DNA of 63,908 bases, counting the filler, from Piptocephalis cylindrospora (taxonomy: Eukaryota): assembly GCA_003614145.1 (NCBI GenBank). It is 3 parts of 3 records of this genome, joined end to end, with 100 filler letters (N's around TTAATTAATTAA, not from the genome) between each part and the next. Parts side by side here need not be neighbours in the genome. Positions count along the whole stretch, not along the records: positions 25,339 to 50,381 come from KZ987779.1; positions 50,482 to 63,908 come from KZ987941.1; 1 more part is not named here. The stretch is one strand, 5' to 3'. Positions within the stretch are counted from its first letter, which is position 1. The number at the start of each line of letters is the position of its first letter. Shown here in pieces: positions 46,201-58,639 of the stretch. The position numbers and the translations under genes are program-made. The notes beneath the pieces were generated by a model. That model saw only the letters and a program-made list of their open reading frames with translations, did not search any database and was not told where the DNA came from.

Positions 46201-47840
46201 AAGGTGTATAGACTATTGTTGGGCTGTTCACACTGCAGCTCCCCCTCAAGCCTGCTAATATCTGAGGGTGAGGTCATTTCAGCGGTTTCAGGCCTGGACT
46301 GTTTGATCTTGAGGTTGGTTTCACTGGAGAGAGAGAGAGAGAGGAAATGAGGAAGTACTTGGAAAGAAATGTCGTCCCTTCCCTCACATCCACTTACCCA
46401 TCCAAATTACAGGTTTCAATGTAGCATAGACCCTCAGGTTCAGAGGAAGAGAGGAGGACCAGGTCGGCGGGAAAGGGTTCACTTCCGTCAATACGGACAA
46501 TGTCCCCAACCTTAACGTCCCTCCACCGGGTATCGACAAAGACATCTCCTAGGAGAACCTTGGTATAGCAAGCATTGGCCGACTTGTCCGATTGATGGTG
46601 TTTCTAGATAGGGGAGGAGGAGAGAGAGAGAGAGAGAGAGTATGTGAGAAGTGGATTGAATCGGGGAATCCTAATCATACGACCTGCTTACCCAATCTTC
46701 AAGGACTTCCTTGACGGCTGTAGCGATCAAGACGACACAAAGAGGAAGGATGGTGGTGTACGGGTTAGTTGGAGAAATCCCTTTCAATTGCTGTAGGAGA
46801 TGAAGGGATGTAAGAATGTGGGGGTGCTTGACCCCATCTCTTCTCTCGCACCCACGCACACATACAAAAAACCCCCTTCATCCCCTTCCCTCCCCCCAGC
46901 TTACCTGGATAATCGAGGTAAAAAGGAAAAAGATATTGGCGTATTTGCTGAATTGCTCGTAAAGAAATTTTGGGAAAAAGGACACGATAGTGTACTTTGC
47001 AGTACTGACGCGATTATGGAGGAATTTACGTGGCAGATTGGTGGTTTGATCGTTGATGGCGACGCGCCGGGATTCGACGGGACCTCCGGCCTTTTCACTC
47101 TTACCATGACCTTGAGTAAAGCGTCCGAAGAATTCCTTCATGGTGTTAATCGGGTGAGTGAGGATGCTTGGGCGGGATTGAATGGGGAGGGGGGTAGAGG
47201 GGATGGGGGAGGGAGAGGAGGGTCCACGGATGGGGTCGTCTCGGTAAGCAGATCTGCGTTTGTGACCGTAAGGGGAGTCGGAGGCGAGGCCAGAGTTGTC
47301 TTCGAAGATGAGATCGTCCTCGTCGTCCTCGTCGTTAGTTTGGAGATGGAGGTACTTGCGCTGTTGCAAGGGAAAGCCAAGCTTGGAGGAGGAGGAGGAG
47401 GAGGAAGCGTCCTTTAGATTGGAGGGAGCAGCGGGACCTGGGAGTGGAGAGGTGCCGGAGGAGGGGAAGGGGAGACCTGAGTGAGGGTTGGGTCGGTTAT
47501 CGTACCCGTAAGAAAAGCCTTCTTGAGTGTCGTCGTCGTCACCACAGTCACCTAGGGCTATGAGATCAGCGCCTTGAGAGGGCGAGGTAGCGGAGCCTTG
47601 AGGGTGGGAAGAGGAGGAGGGGGAGGAGAAGGGGTTGGTGGGTCGGGAGGAAGATTGAAGGTGGTGTCGAGATTGAGAGGTAGAGGAGGAGGGAGCGGCG
47701 GGATGCGGGGGGATGTCTTCGAGTTCAGGATCCACAAAGCCCCAGTCAGCTTCGACGTCGTCGATCAGGTAGTGGCGTGGTTGGGAGGACGCCGATGTAG
47801 CGGGAGGGAGCTGACGACCGTCTTTTTTATTGAACGCCAC
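43274..47840 (-). CDS. DRS2: P4-ATPase phospholipid flippase (Drs2/ATP8A-like); 5' end disrupted at about 47867
   Basis: NRVSTAKY, QFSKYANIFFL, DGETNLK, LIPISL, DKTGTLT, TGDRQETAINIG, GDGANDVSMIQ and Drs2-specific tail YHYIQEIQKYN..DYRPRME...RGYAFSQ. Several GT-AG introns. Confidence 0.95.
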
Positions 47841-47867
47841 TGTGTTGAAGATGAAAGGGAGAGAAGG

Positions 47868-48665
47868 CGTGTTTGTGGAATTATTGATCATCATGAAGAT
47901 GAAGGTCACTTCCCAGAGGCAGACCCCCGTGTCGTCCGGGTCGCCGGGTCCTGCACCTCCCTGGTCCTTCAGGAATGGGCCCGAGAGGCCAAGAACCACC
48001 CCCATCTCTCCCACGTCTTTGGATTTGATTGTCTCTCTCTGGCCCTGGCCCCTATGCTCCTAGATACGGTGAATTTTGAGGATCAGCATGGCAAGGTTCA
48101 GCCCGTTGACCTAGACTCCCTTTCCTGGTGCCAATCCCTCCCGACCTATGTGGAGATGTCCGAGATTGATGGGGGAAAGAATGGGCTCCAGAGGTATATG
48201 GACATACTGACACGGGTCAAGTCGGATGTCTCAGGCCTGGGGAGTCGTGACCTCCTGCGCAAAGACTACAAGGAATGGGTGGTGGGGACGGGCCCGGGAC
48301 TTCGGCTAGGCATTAGCTCTGTCCCCTACTCTCAGGAAAAGTGGGTGATTCGAGATGGGGTTCAAGAATTGGAGAAGGCCGTGAAGGCCTGGGTGACCGA
48401 AAGAAGTCTAGACATCCATGTCATCCTCACTGCTTATACTACAGAGAGGAGCCAGAGCTTTCACCGGGAACTCTCTCTTTACACCCTTTCTGGAGGGGAT
48501 CAGGGTCTCGGTGAAAGGCTGGAAAAGGAGACACGTGCCTCCCTCGACCTGTCTCCCATCCGCATTGGCGAAGTCCAATGGTGGGATCAGAAAAATGTCC
48601 GCGCGTCCCGAAAGCAAGTCTATCCCATCCTACGAGACTTGATTGAATGCTCCTCGAGAATGTGA
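47868..48665 (+). CDS. PPX1: Exopolyphosphatase Ppx1 (DHH/DHHA2 family), N-terminally truncated as assembled
   Basis: RVCGIIDHHEDEG, GSCTSLV, LLDTVN, DLLRKDYKEW, ASRKQVYP motifs. The upstream DHH motifs (GNES.DLDS, LVDHN) are absent, and the upstream ORF sequence is antisense DRS2. Confidence 0.85.
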   Translation, partial: RVCGIIDHHEDEGHFPEADPRVVRVAGSCTSLVLQEWAREAKNHPHLSHVFGFDCLSLALAPMLLDTVNFEDQHGKVQPVDLDSLSWCQSLPTYVEMSEIDGGKNGLQRYMDILTRVKSDVSGLGSRDLLRKDYKEWVVGTGPGLRLGISSVPYSQEKWVIRDGVQELEKAVKAWVTERSLDIHVILTAYTTERSQSFHRELSLYTLSGGDQGLGERLEKETRASLDLSPIRIGEVQWWDQKNVRASRKQVYPILRDLIECSSRM

Positions 48666-50301
48666 TTCAGTATCCCTCGAGAATGTGGCTCAGTGTCCCT
48701 CGACAACGTGCTCCAAACGGCTTGATGAGTGTCGGACATTCGATTCATGGAGTGATTGATCTATATATAGGAGAATGCAAGGTTTATTCAGCCCGATTGA
48801 ACGATAGCTCAGCCTCCTGACACTCCTTTAAGGAATAATAGGATGGTCGCGTGCCGGGTTAAGGAGCATCAAGGAATTCTTGTCATTGTGCTGTTCCTGG
48901 TTGTTTAAGGGGTCCTGTGGTTCGTTGGTTACACAAGGTAGACAAGGAAGGACGCTTTTTGGGGGGATGGGGGCGGGGATCAGGAAAGAGGGATGCTTGT
49001 ACCAGGATGTTCCCCCCAGATGGATCTATCAGATCTATATTTAGAAAGGAGGTGAGGCCCTTGTTCATTCATGCTATCTTCTTCCCTTCCTTGCCCCCCA
49101 TTCACCCTGCGCCTAGATTTTGAATGATCTTACCGGGGTCCTCTTCCTCCTCCCGGTCAGTCTGGAGCCATCCAGCAGCCACTTCTCACCCCCAGAGCAT
49201 GGGACAGAGAAGACATAATGGACGGATCGCGCCTACCCCTAGGGGAAGCTGCATGAGCACTGCAAGGAGTGGGAAGACCAAGGGCATACAGCGAGAGATC
49301 TTGAAATGAGAGGGGTCCCTCATTGTATGCCCTTGGTCATGAACCCTGGCACCAAGAGAGAGAGTCTCACTACCACCTGTCCCTTAACCTGGTGGTTACC
49401 GACCCACACACACAGACAGAGAGAGAAGCACACCAACCATAGCCTAAAACCCCGATCCAGGACCACCAACCCTCGCCCACTCGACCCAGCGGCAGCATGT
49501 ACCATACAGACCTTCTCAGAGCCCTTCAGAATACATTGTGGGGGCTGGGGACAGAGAGCGCCTGTGTTGGTGCGCTGCCTACACTGTAGGGCGGCAACAC
49601 GCTGTCAGATCCCCCTTTCCTCTCGTCCGCCTCACCGCCTCCCCATCCGCCCACTCACACACAGGTTGGGGAGAGTAATCCTCATCCTTCCACCACCGCC
49701 AACCCTTCCCTAGTGCCATTCTAAACACCGTAGAAGCGCTTGCCGCTCATCGCTTCACTCACCTTCCCCTTTTCTTCCCCGACTGACCGCTCCCTCCTCC
49801 TCTTTCTTCTTTCCTTCTTCCTTCCTTCCTCCCTCCCTCTCTCCTTTCCTCTCTCCTCTTTTCTTTTTCCCTCCCCCCCATTCTCCTCCTTCTCCTGTTC
49901 ACACATCCCTTCCGCTCTCCCTCCTCTTGATTCCTTCCCCTCGGCTGCACTGGTCCCTCATTGTGTTGATCAAGTGCGCTCTAGGACTCCCTCCTCATCC
50001 TCCCCTCTCCTCTTTGCCTTTTAGCGCTCCCCCCCTCCTTCCCCTCCTTCCCCTCCTTCCCCCCTCCTCTCTACGGCTTTTCTTGTGCACACACCCGGAT
50101 CATCGCGGTAGAATCCCTTGACTTGGAGTCCCCTCTCCACGCTAACGCACAGTAACCACAACGTTAGAGGATATACCCCACTGCTGACCCCTTCTCTCTC
50201 TGACCTTACTGGGTCTTCACCCCTCCCTTCACCCCTCTCCCTCTCTTTCTTGATCCTGGTTTCTCCCTGAACCCTCCTTTCCTCCCCCCCCCACACACAC
50301 A

Positions 50302-50381
50302 CCTTCTCTCCCTTTCATCTTCAACACAGCGGCGTTCACTAAAAAAAACGGCCACCCGCTCCCTCCCGCTACACCTGCGTC
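50302..50381 (+). repeat. Inverted, mismatched copy of 47788-47867 (DRS2 5' region) abutting the spacer
   Basis: CCTTCTCTCCCTTTCATCTTCAACACAG(C/T)GGCGTTCA...CTCCCTCCCGCTACA is the reverse complement of 47788-47867. Confidence 0.92.
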
Positions 50382-50481
50382 NNNNNNNNNNNNNNNNNNN
50401 NNNNNNNNNNNNNNNNNNNNNNNNNTTAATTAATTAANNNNNNNNNNNNNNNNNNNNNNNNNNNNNNNNNNNNNNNNNNNN
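50382..50481. other. Artificial assembly spacer (N44-TTAATTAATTAA-N44)
   Basis: 100 nt, linker at 50426-50437, same design as the spacer at 25239. Confidence 0.97.
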
Positions 50482-51956
50482 CTTTTATTTCTTTCTCAAT
50501 TATTGAAAATATCCATCCTCAAATAAATATCCGCAAGAAATCCTAAATAATTAAATTAAATTTCTGATTTTTAAAGGAATATTCTTATACTTAAGAAATT
50601 AATTAATAAAATAAAAAAGTAATAACGTCCGGTACTAATAATTTATATACCCGTAATCAGTGCTCCGAGGGCTATCTAGTGGTATATATTAGAACATTGG
50701 ATCATGGGCCACCTATTCTAGCCCCAAGGTCCATTGGAATCTTCGTCTTCCTAACAATACACTAGAGTAAACATGTAAAAGGGGGAATGGGCAGAAGAGA
50801 CCTTGGTTTCACAGCCGTAATTTATCCCCACACGCTCAGGATACTGACCCAATTCTGTGACCCATCCTTGGTAATAACAGAAAAAATAAATAATAATAGT
50901 ATCAGAAATATATTCACAAATGATGTTCCTGATTCAGTTTGATCCACAATCCTAACGAATGAGCCGGGATCGCGGGATGTGTACGCATATCGGCGAAGGC
51001 ATACGGCTCGAACGTTGCCATCCCATAGAGACGAGAAACATATGTCCAACAGCCTGCACGCTATTGAGTGCTAAAGTCATAATGCAGCCTGTTTTTGTAT
51101 ATGTTTGTATGAATGGGAAGAATAGCCAATGCGTGGATATCTGTGAATTGAGTGAATACGACTGACCCTAACCTCATCAAGGTCATGACAAGCAGCAATA
51201 GGTAGTTAAGACCATATTACCGGATGATAGGACACTCGTTTAGATGGACATGCTCCTCCACGAATGACGCAAAGTACCTTGACTTTCCTTTTTCTCCGCG
51301 TATTATTACTTGCTTGTCGCTGTAGAGAGTTTAATTAATGATCATGTTTGATATGCTAGTACCAAGCCACGGGATGACCACTGGAATCAAGCTACAAGGA
51401 AAAACGAGAGGAGACAGAGAGAAAGAGGGAAATAAGAAGGATGAAAAGATGGGGTTAGTCTTAGCATGATTCATCTTCCAATCCTTTCCTATTTCCCGTG
51501 CTCGTTCCCCCGGGATCCTCCTCACACTTATCCCCGCCTTGCACTCCCCCCTCCAATCCCCACACACACACTCTCCCATCCTTTATATGAGAGACGAGAA
51601 GGCCATCTCATCAGGATGGTTCTTTCGTTCTTACGATCACTATCGTTATTGCTACTATTATTTTAACATTGATTCGTGCGACGAGTCATGGACACGATGA
51701 ATAAGAAGACATATGGGAGAGCGAGCGCTATATAACAATAGAAAAATGAGATGGATCGCCCATGATGAAAGAGAGTGCAGTCGTCCCATCCCATCCTATC
51801 CTAAATCGTCCATTTCCACCACTCTCATACGTGCTATCCCGAGCCTGAAGCAACTAAACGGGAAGGTGATTGGGGAGAGGAGACGCATAGAACCACTAAC
51901 AACACAGGATGTATGAGCCTGTGCACACAACACACACGCACAAAATTCAAAAGGCC

Positions 51957-53678
51957 TTAATCAAAGGTGGCCTTGACGACATAGAGGAAGAGCATACACC
52001 AGCCCACCATTGTGATGGTGGTGCCCAAGTATTGGGCGAGAAGGGCCTTACCCATGGGAGTCTCGTAGCAACCGCGGGCCTGACACACGGTCATAAGATT
52101 AATAGCAGTGGGGCAGCTTCCGAGGAGAAGAACAGTCATGAGAAACATGGGGTCCTTGCCCAGAGCGCCGACGTAGGGGAGGGTCCAATAGGTCACAAGA
52201 AGGACCAAAGCAGGTAGGAGGAGGAGGCGAGCAAGAGTGACGAAGGCCAGGACGCGACTGTAGGATGGATACCTTACGGGGTAGGGAGAGGGGAAAGAAG
52301 AGAGAGAGGAAGTAGTGGTGGGGGTGGGGATCAGGTCAGCCCGAGCCATCCCAGATCGGGTCATCTCATCGCCTTCATCACGACGGGAGGTGCGGGCGGA
52401 GAGGGAGGTGAGCTGGGCTCCGAGACATACGAGGATCAAGGGCACCGCCGCGGTCCCACAAGCGCGGATGGCGATGAAGAGGGTGGCATGAAGGGGAGCG
52501 CCCATGGGGACGAGGAGATCGTGAAGGGGAGGGACCAAGGCAACCACAAGGCCAAGAAGCGCGCCAATGATAGGGGGGTTGCGGAATGGTCGAGTGATAC
52601 GGGTGAGGAAGTTCCTGATGCGCAGAAAAAACTGTGCAATGACCCCATCAGATTGAATGCATCTAGGGGTTAGATCACGCGCCCTATTCAGTAGACGACG
52701 GTAGAGGGAGGGAGGAGCAGGGTCATCCTTGCCCTTGCGATGGATCAATAGAGGAGTTCCCTCCTCCCCTTCCATGTCGTCCCCATGGACACCACTGGAG
52801 AAGTGAGAGGGGGAGGGGACTCGAGTACCAGCAGAGAGAGAGCCATAGGTAGAGGAGGATGAGGAGGAGGCTCCAGTGTGACCCTCTTGCATCCCTTCTT
52901 GCTGATAAGGGGTGGTGGGCCGAGTGCTAGAGGCACTGATCAGGGTGGTGGGGGTCATGGACGATGTATCCTCATCCTCATGCTCCTCGGATGGATCGGC
53001 CAGTCGTACGGTGGGATAAAGAAGGGAGGGAGAGGGCTCGAAGCGTCCAGGGCAAGAAAAGGCGGTGTTGGATCGGGCGGGGGCAGGGCCGAGGGGGTCA
53101 TCAGTGGAGATGGAGGCGGAGGTACTACTGGACAAGGCTTCCGCATCCTGATCAGAATCTAGAAGGGAGGTACCGTAGCTCCAACGGACAACATTACCCA
53201 AAAGAGAATAGAATACGATGTAAGCAATGCCCCGGGAGGCGACGGTCGTGGCCTCCTCCCCCTCGACTAGGGTGAGCCAGGGAAGGGCAGCGGAGAAGAC
53301 AAGACTTTGGACCAGGCCGATGGGGAGGGTATTAGTGTTGGAGAACATGAGGGTGGCGATGGTGAAGTCCTTCTGTGCACGGGTGAAGCCAAAGGCCCAG
53401 GCACCAATGGATCCAGTGATGTAAGCGGTCAGGGCGAAGAGAAAAAAGTAGCACGGGAGGGGCCACAGGGTGAGGATGGTGTCGGCGGTGATGGAGGAAG
53501 CGGTATTGGCAAATAAAAGACAAGGTGTGAAAAAGGTGATGGAGAGCTGGGAGAGACCGCGCTGCAGCTGGGGAGCCAAGATAGCTTTCCTTGCAAGGAT
53601 GTGCCCAAACAGGGCGATACACGCCACTTGCGCGATGGATTGGAGGGAGGCCAAGGCAAGGGTAGTGAGGATGTTCAT
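51957..53678 (-). CDS. Auxin-efflux-carrier / PILS-like membrane transport protein (Mem_trans family)
   Basis: Intronless 573 aa; FTPCLLFA, FSNTNTLPIGLVQSL, RWSYG, central hydrophilic loop, NPPIIGAL, AAVPLILVCLGAQL, DPMF...CPTAINL. Confidence 0.88.
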   Translation of the reverse strand: MNILTTLALASLQSIAQVACIALFGHILARKAILAPQLQRGLSQLSITFFTPCLLFANTASSITADTILTLWPLPCYFFLFALTAYITGSIGAWAFGFTRAQKDFTIATLMFSNTNTLPIGLVQSLVFSAALPWLTLVEGEEATTVASRGIAYIVFYSLLGNVVRWSYGTSLLDSDQDAEALSSSTSASISTDDPLGPAPARSNTAFSCPGRFEPSPSLLYPTVRLADPSEEHEDEDTSSMTPTTLISASSTRPTTPYQQEGMQEGHTGASSSSSSTYGSLSAGTRVPSPSHFSSGVHGDDMEGEEGTPLLIHRKGKDDPAPPSLYRRLLNRARDLTPRCIQSDGVIAQFFLRIRNFLTRITRPFRNPPIIGALLGLVVALVPPLHDLLVPMGAPLHATLFIAIRACGTAAVPLILVCLGAQLTSLSARTSRRDEGDEMTRSGMARADLIPTPTTTSSLSSFPSPYPVRYPSYSRVLAFVTLARLLLLPALVLLVTYWTLPYVGALGKDPMFLMTVLLLGSCPTAINLMTVCQARGCYETPMGKALLAQYLGTTITMVGWCMLFLYVVKATFD

Positions 53679-55323
53679 GGGGGGGGGGGGGGGGGGGGGG
53701 GGGATGAAGGAGAGGGGATATCAGGACAAGCTAGCAGATCTCGGGGATGGGAGGCTGCTCTTTATACCTTTCCCTAGTCCTAGTCTAGCTCAAAGGCAGG
53801 AGGGAGGGGACGTGCGTTGGTGGTGAGTGAGGCGATTGGCCGGGGGGAGGAGCGGTATCTGAAAAGAAATAGCTGAGGCACAGGGGAGATGGAGGGGGAG
53901 AGGCTGGACGTGGCAGCACAGCGATGTGGAAGGGTGGGACCGAATCCACGTGCGGATTGGTGTGCTGAGGAGGGTTTACTAGAAGGGCTAAAAGGGTGGT
54001 TGGGAGATAGGAGTTGTGATCCCGATATGTGTAGGTAGAGGGGAAGCGATAGGAAAAGACGGTTTGATCCGATGATGCTGGAATGACCAGGGTGGTCGAA
54101 TAGAAGGAATCTGTGGAAGGGTGACTATATCCTTCCGCTTAGGCTTGAATGTGGGAGTAGGATCTGATGGAATGGGAAGAATTCCATCACACCTGGTCAT
54201 CTTAGCCTCGCACTTCCAGTAGAGTGAACTTTGGGATGCACATGTGTGCAGTAGAAAGCGGGTGAAGGGAAGAGTGTGTGGAGCTGATATGAGCCAATTA
54301 AGAAGAGGAAAATGTAAATGGGAGAAAGGGGATGGAGTGTGTAATGCAGGAAATGCCCATACTGGTTGCACTAGAAAAGAGAAGGGGCGGAGGAGCCTTT
54401 TGCCAAGGAATGGGGCGACTAGACGGAGTTGTACGACGGAGATGACACGTAGAAAACCCCGACATGGTGTGTCCAAGATCATTAGCAGGGCAGCTACTGT
54501 TGTTACCATTCTTTTGGGACAGGGGAGAGTAGGGATGAGGACGTGGACGATACGCGAGTGTTTGTGCGGGGGACCTATTGGGATTCAGCGCTATTTCTCC
54601 CCCTTCCCCTTGAGAGATACCATCCATGCACCAACGCTTATGCCCTGGCAATCTGTCCTACCAGGGCAGTGTACGGAGCACTTTATGCTATTCTTAGGAC
54701 ATTAACCGCTTGTTAGATAGAGCAAATACTAGAGCCATTCTCTAAGAGCAATGGTGATTTCCAGGGTCGTAAGATATGACAACTTCATCTCTTAAGCAAG
54801 AAGAGATGCTCTCTTGTGCATCTTCTATCCTACCTATGTACGTTACTCTTATTTCTTCTAATCGCTGCCATCTCTCCCTGTAGAAACTTTATTCTAGTTG
54901 AGTTGGCGTCACTGGAGGATGACACATAATTGCGCTTTCAATTTCAACATGCTGGGCCTAAAGGATGAAGGTGTAACCGCCGTACCCCTACCACTATTAC
55001 TACCACTACTAACTATATCACGATCGATCCTTCATCTAGCCCGCCTGGTGTGAAATTGCGCGTGCACGGTGATTGGGTGGTGCTTCCATGCATTACCACA
55101 AAAATGTGCGTATTTTTTGCTTGTTTTCGCTCTTTTTTGGTTCATTCGCAGGCACACTGAGTAGTGTGGGGAGGGGGAGTGGTGGGATATCCAAACTAGA
55201 AAATTTGGTTTTCGGATAGAATGAAGAAAAAAGAAAAAAAGCAGAGTCGGTATTGTTAGCGCCCTTCCTACCGTCCATCACAACTTCTTCCCCTTCCTTA
55301 CTCTTCTCCCCCACCACTATTTC

Positions 55324-58225
55324 ATGTCAGACCGCACCTCAAGAAAGAAGAAAACGGCAACGCGGGCCCCTTCCCGTAGAAACGGTCCGGGTGAAGGGCC
55401 TCGCCTGACTGGAAGACCTTCTCGACGCACCTCCAGCACCAATGTCTACAATGCCCTAGACCAGAGTGAGAGCAGAGAGGGTCGTCGACTACAACGAACC
55501 AAGCGGGAGGAGGGCTTTGGTGGGGGGGATGATGAGGATGAGGCCGATACGGAGATTGAGGATGATGAGGAGTTGGACTCGGACGAGGCCTTCGACGAAG
55601 AGGATGAAGAAAAGTATAGCCATTTTCAATTTTTTGGCTCGAGCAAAAAGGGAAACAGTGATGAGAGCGAAGACGATGGGGGGGGAGGATGAGGAGGAGG
55701 GGGAAGATGGAGGGATTAATCTGTCGGACATGCTGATGGGAGATGGGGTGCCCCAGGCTACGGGACAGGATACTGAGTCGGACGATGCTTCCGATGAAGC
55801 GGATGAGGAGGATGAAACTGAGGGGGATGGCCAGATGCTCCAGGCTTTCCTTACTACCCTAGAATCCACAGACAAGGATCAGGGTATAGAGGGGGCTGAT
55901 GATGAGGAGGGAGGAGAGGGCAAGGCCGGAGGGAAGAAGAGAGTCCAGTTCATGGAGCACATGTCAGCCTTTCCCGAGTCTGAGTTTCATGTCTCCGCTG
56001 CCCAGAGTAAGTTCTGACGTGGGTCATCGAGTGAAAGATGGGGGAAAAAGATATGCTGTCTAACCCTTCATCGCTGTCCATTAGACGATGCTGAATTGAC
56101 CCTGGATGATCTCTTGGGTGAGGAGGGGGCCACCACATCTTCCATCCTGAATCCCAAGGAGAAGAGGATGGCCAAGAAAGTGGCTCCTTTAGCTGCTCCA
56201 GTGCCCGGTAGGGTCCAAGCCCGGATGGATCGGGAGGCTGGGTATGAGCAGAGCAAGGAGGAGCTGACCCGATGGGACCCGATGATCCAGAAGAATCGTC
56301 AGGTGGGTGCAACTCCTGGACCAGTGCCTAAGAGGGTCATTTTACTCACTCTATTCTTTGATCCTTTCTGCGGAGGATAGGCTGATCATCTCTTTTTCCC
56401 CTACCATAATGATGCATCAGATGAGGCAAAGCACCCTGGGAAACACGGGTCCATCGCATCACTTTCATTGGGTCACCATGTAGCAGCCAAGGCTCAAAAT
56501 GCCATGGAAGCTGAGGTCCAGGCCCTTTTGGGTCAGTCTAAAGGTTTTGCCACGGAAAGGGAAGTGGGCCAGGGGGAGGAGTTGGAGATGAAGCACCTGT
56601 CCGTGGAGGATGCCAAGGCAAGGCGGCAGGAGCTTCGACAGCTACGGGAGCTGGCCTTCCGGGAGGAGAAGAAGGCAGCGAGGGTGAAGAAGATTAAAAG
56701 TAAAGCCTATCATCGAATTAAAAAACGGGCAAAGATGCGAATCCAAGGGATGGATGGGGAGGAGGGGGATGAAGAGGATGAGGCGGAGAAGGCTTTATTG
56801 GATCGGGCCAAGGAGCGCATGACTCTTCGGCACAAACGGGTGGGCAAATGGGCCAAGGGGGCCTTGATGAGGACGGCCGAGGGTCGGGAGGCCGTGATGG
56901 AAGAGATGAGGCTGGGGGAGGAGCTCCGACGACGCATTGAACACTACGGTGACGATGATGCGGATGATGGTGAAGGTGGGCTTAGGGGGCAGGAGGAAGA
57001 GGACGAGGCGTATCTGGCCGGAGGGGCTGATCAAAGCGCCAAGGGGATCCGGGAAAGGGCAGGGGAGCGAATCAAAACTGTTCTAGAAGAAGGAGAAGCT
57101 GATGTGGGCAAGGTCGGCAAGGGGAGCAAGCTGCTGGAGATGGCTTTCATGAAGAAGGCTGCCCGTGCTAAGGATCAAGAAAGTCGGATGATGATGGAGG
57201 AGATGATGCGTGAAGAAGAGGAAGGACAAGGCGAATTTGAAGAGGATGAAGAGGAAAGGGAGGGAGGGAAGCGGGTGGGTGGAAATGTGGGTCGCAGGGT
57301 TTGGGGTCAAGAGGGCTCTGGGAAGGACAAGGCTGCATTGATGCCCACCTCTGCTCACTCTAACCAAGGGACTAAAAAGGATGCGACGAGCATCAAGGTC
57401 GAAGAAGAGAGTCTCTCGATCAAGGAGACGACCAAGGTAGTTAAGGCGCCCAAGGCCACAAACACGACTGAGAATCCTTGGTTGGTGGGGAACAAGGATG
57501 AGACGGAGACGGGGATGAGCAAGGGAAGGGTACGAGTTATAGGGAAGAAGAAGGAAGCCAACGCCGTGACTCTCCAGCTCCCCACCATGGGCGACCAGGT
57601 GAAAGATGGGCCCGAGGAAGGCGATAAGGAACCCAAATGGGACCTGACTCATACAGGGTCTGGGGGTCGCAAAACCGGGGGCGTGTTGCTTGGTGAGCAA
57701 AAAGCCTTGGTAGAACGTGCCTTTGCTGGAGATGGGGATGTGGTGGAGCAGGAATTCCTCCGAGAGAAGGAAGAGGCCGTGGGCCAAGAGGTAGATGGGG
57801 CGCTTGGAAAAAAGGGAGCTCTACTACAAGATTCCCTTCCCGGCTGGGGCTCGTGGGGTGGCAGAGGAGTGAAGAAGCAGGATTCTAGGAAGCGCAAGAA
57901 CGCTTTTGATTTAAAGCGGGAAGAGGCTAAGGCCGAGCGAGAGGCTGAAGGGGAGAAGAGGCGACGGGGCCGAAAGGATGCACGCCTCAAGGATGTGCAT
58001 ATCAGTGAAAAGCGGCAACGGACCACTCTGAGCAAGTACTCGGTCGACAAGGTGCCCTTCCCATTCAAGACACGCGAGCAATATGAACGATCCTTAACCA
58101 TGCCTCTGGGTAAGGAATGGAACGCTCAACAGGCCCATCAAGAGCTTGTCCTTCCTCGGGTCATCACCAAGGCTGGTCGGGTTATCAATCCTCTGGAGCG
58201 TACGGAGGAGTCGACGCGACGATAG
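55324..58225 (+). CDS. UTP14: U3 snoRNA-associated protein Utp14 (SSU processome), apparent +1 frameshift at G8 run 55678-55685
   Basis: EIEDDEELDSDEAF, FPESEF, MDREAGYE..KEELTRWDP, RVKKIKSKAYHRI, RAKERMTLRHK, LPGWGSWGG, PFPFKTREQYERSLTMPLGKEWN. Introns about 56007-56084 and 56302-56380. Confidence 0.93.
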
Positions 58226-58639
58226 AGGAATTCGAAAGAGAGGAGGATTGTGTATGGGTGGAAGGGACAAAAGAACGAGAGTGGTTTATTTCACTATCTA
58301 TCATCATGAGACTGCTCGCCCTATTAAGTAAGACATTGTTGTATGGCTTGACCCGAGAGGGCACCGGACTAATGGGGCATAGTGCTAAAATTCTAGACAA
58401 AATGGACCTTGTCTAACTGGTGGTAAAGCTAGGATAGATGTTGGGAATGGTCGTCTGTTAGTGGGTTGGTCTGCCAAAGAATCGTATTTCTCTACAGGCA
58501 TAAATCCATGCGAGATGGACGTAGTAGGGATGAAGGAAGGGTGTAGGGATAAACGAGAAATGCTCACTAAAAGATTCATTCATCCTACTTCCCCTCCCCG
58601 TCACATTGTACCCAACTCCTGCACTTTCATCCTAAAACA

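Noticed and set aside
47574..48014. Apparent long antisense overlap of PPX1 and DRS2 ORFs
   Set aside because: Explained by the inversion junction at about 47867; each ORF extension is just the antisense of the other gene.
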